NCBI RefSeq assembly: GCF_008065095.1
Contig: NZ_CP042911.1
Span: 4,200,001 to 4,232,000 of the forward strand
Direction of reading: 5' to 3'
From: Gemmata obscuriglobus
Lineage (GTDB): Bacteria > Planctomycetota > Planctomycetia > Gemmatales > Gemmataceae
Length of the DNA stretch: 32,000 nt
Shown piece after piece: positions 17,440-24,523 of the stretch (its first letter is position 1; each line of letters begins with the position of its first letter). The notes under the pieces were generated by a model that was given only the letters and a program-made list of their open reading frames with translations, had not been told where the DNA came from and did not search any database. The position numbers and the translations under genes are program-made.

Positions 17440-18099
17440 TTAGCGTTCAGCTCGGTTGTGAAACAGTTCCAGCAGCCACGTCGCCTCCTGTTCCTTCAAC
17501 GTTCCCCGGTCCCGAAGCTCATGCGTCAGGCCGATGCCCAGGATTTGTAGAGCGGTCGGAGACTCGCCTGGTCCAGCCTCCCGTGGCCCAGGAAATTCGG
17601 CCTGGTACACGATGTCGCCAGGCTCCGCTCGCAGCGTGCCGCGGCACGAGAGCCGGCACCAGTCCACGGTGGCCAGGAATCGCACGTCGTTCGCGCACAT
17701 ATCGTGGGCAAGCCACGCGAGCGACTGAGGGTCGCTGACCGACAGGTCCAGGCACGTACCACGAGGCGAGCACTGGAGCCGAGTTAAGGTAACTCCGGTC
17801 AGCAGTTCGACGAGCCGGCTGACTTCTCTCAGGGCCACTTCGCCCGGAGGCACCCGCGTATGCGGCGCGCCGGGATGAGGGCTGGAAAGCGTTAGGAACG
17901 GTCTCCCGATTCCTTCTGAGCGCGGTTCTGATTCGTATGGCCACGGAATGGCGGACGGGTTGATGCCGAGCGTGTCACTCATCTGCAACGTGGCGTACAG
18001 GCCACGGTTCGGGTCGGGCGCGCCGGTGTGGCGCGCCCGACCGGCATCATACCACAGGTCGCTTAAGTGAGAAGTGGCTCTTGAGCAGGAAGGGAGCAT
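17440..18099 (-). CDS. Hypothetical protein, start uncertain
   Basis: The ORF is open over 17440-18207. Candidate starts are ATG 18099 and ATG 17982. I recognise no motif. It lies 87 nt upstream of the HDAC-family gene on the same strand. Confidence 0.4.
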   Translation of the reverse strand: MLPSCSRATSHLSDLWYDAGRARHTGAPDPNRGLYATLQMSDTLGINPSAIPWPYESEPRSEGIGRPFLTLSSPHPGAPHTRVPPGEVALREVSRLVELLTGVTLTRLQCSPRGTCLDLSVSDPQSLAWLAHDMCANDVRFLATVDWCRLSCRGTLRAEPGDIVYQAEFPGPREAGPGESPTALQILGIGLTHELRDRGTLKEQEATWLLELFHNRAER

Positions 18100-18208
18100 C
18101 TCCTGCTGATTCACATTGTCACCTTCTGCTCGACGGATACACTTGCGAGAGAAATCAAAGCGTTCTCGTTTCCGCCGGCACCGCGTCAGCCGTACAAGAC
18201 GCACCACC

Positions 18209-18439
18209 TTGGGCGTTCGAGTAGTAGTTCGGCCCGGAGAGACCGTTCAGCAGGCGATGCGACGACTCAAGCGGTACATCGAGAGGTCGGACCGTTACCC
18301 ACTGTTCCGGCCGAAGCCAACCAAGAAGCGTGTCGATTACTTCCAGAAGCCTGCCGAAGTTCGGCACCAGAAGAAGTCGTTGGCGAAGACTCGCCAGCGG
18401 TTCAACATGAACCTCATCATCAAAGAACTTGGCCGCTAA
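18209..18439 (+). CDS. Ribosomal protein S21-like protein, a divergent paralogue
   Basis: From TTG 18209 the translation is MGVRVVVRPGETVQQAMRRLKRYIERS...DYFQKPAEVRHQKKSLAKTRQR. This follows the S21 pattern (V.V...E....ALRRFKR..EK......R..FYEKP.E.R..K) with a short insertion and an atypical C-terminal tail. Confidence 0.6.
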   Translation: MGVRVVVRPGETVQQAMRRLKRYIERSDRYPLFRPKPTKKRVDYFQKPAEVRHQKKSLAKTRQRFNMNLIIKELGR

Positions 18440-18498
18440 GGGCGCCGTTGCGGTAATCCACCCGCAACCGACTTGAACACCGACGAACGAGGCGGTCG

Positions 18499-19293
18499 AT
18501 GGCCCGACGGAAACTGACGGCACGTCCGGGACCGTACCTTCTGCGGATGCAGCTTCTTCGGGACCGGGTCACCACTCCGGACCAGTACCCGTACGCGCTG
18601 CCGGCCGTGCGCCACCTGGACACCCTGGAGTTCCATCCGAGGGTAACGTTCTTCGTCGGCGAGAACGGGGCCGGGAAATCGACTTTGTTGGAGGCGGTTG
18701 CCGTCCAGTGCGGGCTCAACCCGGAGGGGGGGAGTCGAAACTTCAACTTCACGACCCGGCCCTCGCACTCCAAGCTCGGCGACGCTCTCCGACTATCCCG
18801 TGCGCTCTGCGCTCCAGGTGACAGCTACTTCCTCCGGGCCGAGAGCTTCTTCAACGTCGCGACGGATATTGAGCGGCTGGACCGAGAGTTCAAGAAGTCG
18901 GGGCTCGGTGGCCCGCCGCTCATTGACGCTTACGGCGGGCGCTCGCTCCACGAGCAGTCCCACGGCGAGTCGTTCTTCGCGCTCTTTAAGAACCGGTTCC
19001 GCGCAAACGGCCTGTACCTGATGGACGAGCCCGAGGCGGCGCTGTCGCCCCAACGGCAAATCGAGTTCCTGGCCCTTCTCCACGAGTTCTGCAAGGGCGG
19101 TTCGCAGTTCGTCATCGCCACCCACTCGCCCATCATCATGGCGTATCCCGACGCCCGGATTTACGTCTTCGGCGCGGACGGCATCCGGGAGACCTCGTAC
19201 GCGCAGACCGACCACTACCTCCTGACGAAAGCGTTCCTGAACAACCCACAACGGACGCTGGCTGTGCTGCTCGATGAGTCAGAAGAGGATTGA
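18499..19293 (+). CDS. ABC-fold P-loop ATPase (COG3910-like predicted ATPase)
   Basis: Walker A is FVGENGAGKSTLLEA, the signature-like motif is QSHGESF, Walker B is LYLMDEPEAALSP, and the H-loop is VIATHSP. There is no transmembrane or nuclease domain. Confidence 0.8.
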   Translation: MARRKLTARPGPYLLRMQLLRDRVTTPDQYPYALPAVRHLDTLEFHPRVTFFVGENGAGKSTLLEAVAVQCGLNPEGGSRNFNFTTRPSHSKLGDALRLSRALCAPGDSYFLRAESFFNVATDIERLDREFKKSGLGGPPLIDAYGGRSLHEQSHGESFFALFKNRFRANGLYLMDEPEAALSPQRQIEFLALLHEFCKGGSQFVIATHSPIIMAYPDARIYVFGADGIRETSYAQTDHYLLTKAFLNNPQRTLAVLLDESEED

Positions 19294-19345
19294 GCAGAGG
19301 GGAATGGGCCGCCGAACGTCGAGACGCCGGGTAGCCCCTCCTCAG

Positions 19346-19855
19346 TCATGTCTCGGTTGCCGGAGGGGACCACGGGCACGGGCAGTACGAACCGGCCCCG
19401 TACCGCTCCATCACGTCCAAGAACGCCTGGCCCGGACCATCACGGCTCATGAGCCATCCGAACGCAGTGAATCCTTGGTCGTAAGCCTTGGCGTACAGCC
19501 CAGCGGCTTCGGCCAGTCGTTCCTCTCGCGTCCCGTTGCCGTGCCCCATCACGAGCAGGGACGCGAGGTTGAACGAGGCCGGCCCGAACCCCTGCTCCGA
19601 TGCTGCTCGCAAGAGCTGTGCGGCGTGGTCCCGGTCGCTCTGGACCACCTGTGCGTCGAGTGACGGCGCTAACGACCATTGCTCGATGGTGTCAAACCGG
19701 TGGCGGCAGTCCATCATGAGGCTGCCGACGATATTCTGCGCTTCCGCATTCCCGGCTTCAGCGAGCGGCAGCAATAGGGAGTACGCTTCGGAATTTCGCC
19801 CGAACTCATTCGCCCTCCGGCCTCGTTCGATTCGCTCTTGGTCATTCGGTTCCAC
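19346..19855 (-). CDS. Sel1/TPR-like repeat protein
   Basis: Sel1-type repeats, for example LLPLAEAGNAEAQNIVGSLMMD and AAQLLRAASEQGFGPASFNLASLLVMG, and AAGLYAKAYDQG. Confidence 0.6.
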   Translation of the reverse strand: MEPNDQERIERGRRANEFGRNSEAYSLLLPLAEAGNAEAQNIVGSLMMDCRHRFDTIEQWSLAPSLDAQVVQSDRDHAAQLLRAASEQGFGPASFNLASLLVMGHGNGTREERLAEAAGLYAKAYDQGFTAFGWLMSRDGPGQAFLDVMERYGAGSYCPCPWSPPATET

Positions 19856-19972
19856 CCCGCCACCTGCTCACTTGTAGTTGAACTCGGCCACCAGAGGCAC
19901 TCCGGGCTCGCGAAACAACTTTGGGTCGTACAGGTAAGGTCACTGTTCTTTGACAACTTAGGAGAAACGCAG

Positions 19973-21169
19973 TTGGCTCAACGAGCACAGTACACGCACA
20001 AGTTGGCCGATGGCACCGAGGTCGATTACTCGCTCAGTCGCGGCCCGCCGGATTCCGGGTCCGGTTCCTCGGTCCTGATGCAAAGCGGGTCGAACGGACG
20101 ACCGGGTGCCGCAAGAAGCGGGGCGCGAGACGCCTGCCCGGCCATGATCGATGAGGAATACCGCGCGGCACTCCCGCCCGAGCCGTCGAAGGCGACTTGG
20201 GACGCGGTCCTGACCGACCTGGACCGGACGCCGGACCTGCGTCCCGATTCGGTCCGGGCGTACCGCACCGCGGTCAAGGCCCTGCGAGACATCTTCCCAG
20301 AGTTAGCCGGTCCGGCGGACGTGACCGTTCCACTGGCCGAGCAGTTCAAGCGCAAGTTCATGTCGGGGACGTACGCCCGCGGCAAGGCGAGTGACGCCAA
20401 GCGGTACACGCGCTCGAAGACTTCGTGTGCGACCTACCTTCGCTGCCTCCGTTCGCTGTGGCAGAAGCATTTCAAGCCGCTCGGGCATGTGGACGGCAAC
20501 CCGTCGCGTGAGGTTGAGTACCCGAACACCCCGCGCGGCAGGCGGGTGACGGTGCCGGCCGAGGAGACGGTGACCGCGTTCTTCACGTGGCTGGCGCAGA
20601 GGCACCCGGGTTGGGAGCTTCCCAAGTTGTTCGTCCAGGTGAAGATTGTCGCCGGGCGCCGGACCCTCGACTTGTGCAAGGTGCGGACGACCGACCTTGG
20701 CGCCGACACACTTACCCTGTCCGCCGAGACGACCAAAACACGGGAGGCGCGTGTGGTGCCGCTCCCTGCTCAACTGGCGACCGCGCTCAAGACGCACGCC
20801 GGGCCGGTCTGGTTGTGGGAGCGGTCGGCCGAGGAGTCGAAGTTGCACCGGCCGGATCGGAAGAAGCACGGGGTGACGGAGTACAAGCCGACGACGTGGG
20901 GGTGGACCATCCAGAATCTGTTCCACGAGTTCAACGAGAGCCGGCCGGGGGAACAGAACCTTCGACCGCACGACCTGCGCGGACGGGCGTTCACGTTGGT
21001 GGCGGCGACGACTGGGGATGTGTACGCCACGGCAGCGGCACTCGGTGCCGACCCTCAGACGGCCCGACACTACCTAGAAGCCGCGAAGGCGTTTGACCGG
21101 TCTGGCATCCTGAAGCAGGCTGCGGCAATCCTGCTCCCGCCTCATGCCCAGCTGCTGGGCGAAAAATAG
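19973..21169 (+). CDS. Tyrosine recombinase / phage-type integrase
   Basis: The C-terminal catalytic region contains RRTLDLCKVR, HDLRGRAFT and the terminal tyrosine region TARHYL. The start is uncertain. TTG 19973 has AGGAG 8 nt upstream. The alternatives are ATG 20078 and ATG 20144. Confidence 0.8.
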   Translation: MAQRAQYTHKLADGTEVDYSLSRGPPDSGSGSSVLMQSGSNGRPGAARSGARDACPAMIDEEYRAALPPEPSKATWDAVLTDLDRTPDLRPDSVRAYRTAVKALRDIFPELAGPADVTVPLAEQFKRKFMSGTYARGKASDAKRYTRSKTSCATYLRCLRSLWQKHFKPLGHVDGNPSREVEYPNTPRGRRVTVPAEETVTAFFTWLAQRHPGWELPKLFVQVKIVAGRRTLDLCKVRTTDLGADTLTLSAETTKTREARVVPLPAQLATALKTHAGPVWLWERSAEESKLHRPDRKKHGVTEYKPTTWGWTIQNLFHEFNESRPGEQNLRPHDLRGRAFTLVAATTGDVYATAAALGADPQTARHYLEAAKAFDRSGILKQAAAILLPPHAQLLGEK

Positions 21170-21192
21170 TGTGGCGATTTCCGTTCAGCAAA

Positions 21193-21230
21193 AGAGAAGG
21201 GGTTGCGGCGAAAGCCGCAACCCCTTCTCT
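21193..21230. terminator. Strong bidirectional rho-independent terminator
   Basis: Perfect 17-bp stem AGAGAAGGGGTTGCGGC / GCCGCAACCCCTTCTCT with a GAAA loop. It is followed by TTTTCTGC and preceded by an A-run. It lies between the integrase 3' end and the tRNA 3' end. Confidence 0.85.
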
Positions 21231-21247
21231 TTTCTGCACTTAGGAAG

Positions 21248-21320
<73 letters not shown>

Positions 21321-21776
21321 GTCACGTAGAGTATTTTGGGATCTTAAAGGTCTTCTTCAAGGGGTAGAATCGAAAAAGTGGCTCTCTGCAATTCGTGGCT
21401 TCTTCTAGAACCTTGTGGGGTATCGGGTTAGCTCTCATCGGGGGCAGCCAACTTCGTGATGCCATGAAAACCCGCCATGCGCAGTGAGCGGATGTCGTAG
21501 TTCGAGGCCGCACTCCTCCACGTACCCGTGTCGCTGGTCGTTCACGGCCGAGAGGATCACATCCACGTCGGTAAGTCATCGCCGTGATATGGGCAGATCC
21601 CGTTGAGGTGTGCCCAAAAGGACCAGTTCGCAGGGCAACAATCCAGAAACGTTGCACACCATAACGGAGCATTTCTTTCTCGTGCCGGTTGCACACGGGC
21701 GGAAGCACTGGCGATGCTGCGTGGTTACCGCACGCAACGTCACCTCAATTTCCCGATTACGCTCGGGCGGACCGTG

Positions 21777-22385
21777 CTACGACTCTCGCGCGGTGAGCAA
21801 CTTCACCAGTTCGGCGACGGACTTGGCGTCCACCTTCTTCATGAGCCGGGCGCGGCGGTCCTCGACCGCTCGCACGCTCAGCCCCAGCGCGTCGGCCATC
21901 TCGCGGTTGGTTTTCCCGGAGGCGATCAGGTCCAGCACTTCACGCTCCTTCGGTGTGAGAGCGGCCAGACGGGCGTCGGCGTCGGCGGCGTGCTGCCGGG
22001 CCGCCCGGCCGGTGCGGTCCTTTTCGAGCGCCCGGCGGACGTGCGTGAGCAGCTCTTCGAGCCGGAACGGCTTCTCGAGGAGGGTGAGCGCGCCGAGCGT
22101 CATGGCCTCCACCGCGATGCGCACGTCCGCGTGCCCGCTGATCATCACCACCGGGATGTTCAGGTTCGCGTCGGCCAGCGCGCGCTGGAGTTCCAGGCCT
22201 GTCATCCCCGGCATCTTGATGTCCAGCACCAGGCACCCGGGCTGGTCGCGCTCGTACACGTCCAGAAAGGACTGTGCCGAGGTGAACGTGCGCACGGGGC
22301 TACCGAGCAGCTTACCGGCGCTCGCGAGCGCGCGACCGACGGCCTCGTCGTCGTCCACCACGAAAATCGTCGGCTCGGCACTCAC
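21777..22385 (-). CDS. Response regulator, FixJ/NarL (LuxR-type HTH) family
   Basis: The receiver domain has VVDDD, LVLDIKMPGMTGLE and EKPF. The C-terminal LuxR HTH reads LTPKEREVLDLIASGKTNREMADALGLSVRAVEDRR. There is a 4-nt overlap with the upstream kinase gene. Confidence 0.9.
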   Translation of the reverse strand: MSAEPTIFVVDDDEAVGRALASAGKLLGSPVRTFTSAQSFLDVYERDQPGCLVLDIKMPGMTGLELQRALADANLNIPVVMISGHADVRIAVEAMTLGALTLLEKPFRLEELLTHVRRALEKDRTGRAARQHAADADARLAALTPKEREVLDLIASGKTNREMADALGLSVRAVEDRRARLMKKVDAKSVAELVKLLTARES

Positions 22386-23425
22386 TTCGGTTCCTCAATG
22401 TAAGCGGGCAGCACACAGACGAATTCGGCGCCGCCGTCGGGGCGGTTGGCGGCGGTCAGGGCACCGCCGTGGGCGCGCACGATGGACTGGCTGATGGCCA
22501 AACCTAGCCCCATTCCGTCGGGCTTGGTGGTGTAAAAGCGCTCGAAGATCTTTTCCGGCGCGCTGACCCCCGGACCGGTGTCGCGGACCCGCACCTCGAT
22601 CGCCGCGCCGGCTCGACGCGTTTCCAGAACCACCAGCCGCGGGCCGCCGACCGCTTCGACCGCCTCGATCGCGTTCTGAAGTAAGTTCACGAGCACCTGC
22701 TCGAGTTGTACGCGGTCGCCGTAGGTCGGCGGAAGGGGGGCCGGAGCGAGAACGAGCGAAACCGCCGCGGCGGCCCGCCGGGCGCGCCAGTCGAGGAGAC
22801 GCGCCACGTCATGCACGATCTCGTTAATATCGACCGGTCCGCGTGCGGCGTCGGCCGGGCGCACCGTTCGGCGGATCGAGCGAACGATGTCCGCCGCCCG
22901 GCGCGACTGCTCCGCAACCTCTCCGAGCGCGGCCTTCAGTTCCGCCGGGGCGGCGTCCGTGGCGAGGTGGACCGCCAGGTCCGCCTGCAGGCACACCGCC
23001 GCGAGCGGTTGGTTCAGCTCGTGCGCCAGAACGGTTGCCAGCTCGCCCGCGACCGCCACACGGCTCATCCGGGCCAGCAACGCTTCGTGCTGGCGGATCT
23101 GCGCTTCGGCACTGCGGCGCAGGAGCCCGAGCAAGGTGGTCATTCCGATCGCAAAAAGGGCGAGGCACCGGTTCGCGATCACCTTCCACATCTCGGTGTT
23201 GCCGCGCTCCGGCACGATCCCGATCTTCGCGACGGTGAGCGCCGCGCACAGCCCCGCCACCGCCGGGCCGGCCCAGCCGGGCTTGGCGCGCAGTGCGAGG
23301 AGCACCGCGAACGTGTACGGTACGGCGCTGGCGACGCCCAGCGGGAGGCACAAGTCCACCGCGAACACGAACGCGACCAGCGCGAGGGCGAGCGTCGCGG
23401 GCCGGGCCGCAAGCAGCTTACGCAT
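22382..23425 (-). CDS. Membrane sensor histidine kinase
   Basis: N-terminal hydrophobic helices, the H-box LAHELNQPLAA, and N/G boxes (LLQNAIEA, DTGPGV, GMGLGLAIS). Confidence 0.88.
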   Translation of the reverse strand: MRKLLAARPATLALALVAFVFAVDLCLPLGVASAVPYTFAVLLALRAKPGWAGPAVAGLCAALTVAKIGIVPERGNTEMWKVIANRCLALFAIGMTTLLGLLRRSAEAQIRQHEALLARMSRVAVAGELATVLAHELNQPLAAVCLQADLAVHLATDAAPAELKAALGEVAEQSRRAADIVRSIRRTVRPADAARGPVDINEIVHDVARLLDWRARRAAAAVSLVLAPAPLPPTYGDRVQLEQVLVNLLQNAIEAVEAVGGPRLVVLETRRAGAAIEVRVRDTGPGVSAPEKIFERFYTTKPDGMGLGLAISQSIVRAHGGALTAANRPDGGAEFVCVLPAYIEEPK

Positions 23426-23553
23426 CGCTCAACACGCTCCCGACAGGGTGCGAAATGCCCCGTTGGTAAGCACCAGAATCGGCGCGCTGCTCTGACCCTG
23501 GGCGAACCACACCGCCACGTTCGTTCGCACCAAGCCGCATTATGTGCTCAAAA

Positions 23554-23631
23554 AACCACTGAAAAAACATGTGGTTAACCACGTATTTATCGTCCCGATG
23601 CGTGGTAGTTATCGTCTCTGGCACACCACGT
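23554..23631. promoter_or_regulatory. Candidate operator cluster in the divergent kinase/cobA intergenic region
   Basis: An AT-enriched stretch carries five GTGGT/ACCAC half-sites:
- AACCAC 23554-23559
- the perfect 12-bp palindrome GTGGTTAACCAC 23571-23582 (two half-sites)
- CGTGGT 23601-23606
- ACCACG 23625-23630

There is also a TTATCGTC direct repeat at 23587-23594 and 23609-23616. Confidence 0.4.
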
Positions 23632-23725
23632 GCAATTAGCGTCTGTCGTCTCCAAACCTTACGAACCCGATCCATCTCCCGCACGCGGTGGGCCGCATTT
23701 GGCTGCACCGTCAGGGAGTTGCTAC

Positions 23726-24523
23726 GTGCGGAGGGGCGCCGTGAGCCGGTTCGCGTCGGCTGGGGTCGTTTACTTGGTCGGCGCCGGTCCCGGTTCGCCG
23801 GACCTCATCACGGTGCGCGGGCTGCGCGTTTTGCGGTCGGCTGATGTCGTTCTACACGACGCACTCCTCGCGCCCGAGTTGCTCGAAGAGGTCGGGCCTC
23901 ACGCCGAACGCGTTTCGGTGGGCAAGCGCGGTTACTGCGTCGGCTCCACGAAACAAGAAACGATCCACGACCTGATGGTGCGGTACGCCCGAGCGGGAAA
24001 ATCGGTGTGCCGGTTGAAGTGCGGCGACCCGTGCGTGTTCGGCCGCGGCGGCGAAGAGGCGGAGGCCCTTGCTGAGGCCGGCGTCTCTTACGAAATCGTG
24101 CCGGGGGTGACGTCCGCCGCGGGCGCGCTGGCGTCGGCCGGTATCCCGCTGACGCACCGGGCGGCCGGTCAGGCGGTGGTGCTGGTAACGGGGCATCATG
24201 ATCCCGACTCGCGTGACTGCACACTGGACTGGGACGCGCTCGCCCGGCTGCCCGGCGCGGTGTTCTACATGGCCGTGCGGCACGTCGCGAAGATCGCGGC
24301 GAAACTCGGCGGCGGTGGGTTACCGCTCGACACGCCCGCGGCTGTCGTCGAGTCGGGCACCTTGCCGGGGCAGCGGGTGCTCGTCGCCGACCTCGGGAAC
24401 ATCGGGCGCCTCGCAGACGAGGCGATGATTACCGGCCCCGCAGTGTTCGTGGTGGGCGAAGTGGTCCGGTTCCGCGAGAAGTTGTTATCCCTGGCCGCCG
24501 AATCCGAAGGAGCTGCTCGATGA
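23726..24523 (+). CDS. cobA: Uroporphyrinogen-III C-methyltransferase (siroheme branch)
   Basis: VYLVGAGPGSPDLITVRGLRVLRSADVVLHD, RLKCGDPCVFGRGGEE and VPGVTSA. I chose the GTG at 23726, which has GGGAG 7 nt upstream. The ORF is open from 23630. Its stop overlaps the nirB start (ATGA at 24520-24523). Confidence 0.85.
   Translation: MRRGAVSRFASAGVVYLVGAGPGSPDLITVRGLRVLRSADVVLHDALLAPELLEEVGPHAERVSVGKRGYCVGSTKQETIHDLMVRYARAGKSVCRLKCGDPCVFGRGGEEAEALAEAGVSYEIVPGVTSAAGALASAGIPLTHRAAGQAVVLVTGHHDPDSRDCTLDWDALARLPGAVFYMAVRHVAKIAAKLGGGGLPLDTPAAVVESGTLPGQRVLVADLGNIGRLADEAMITGPAVFVVGEVVRFREKLLSLAAESEGAAR

Noticed and set aside
21322-21776. The ORF at 21322-21708 (-), and a short minus-strand fragment at 21436-21575 encoding DVDVILSAVNDQRHGYVEECGLELRHPL, which faintly resembles an oxidoreductase.
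   Set aside because: The 128-aa ORF has no motifs and an implausible composition. The short fragment is bounded by stops after about 46 codons. It is at best a gene relic, which is too weak to annotate.
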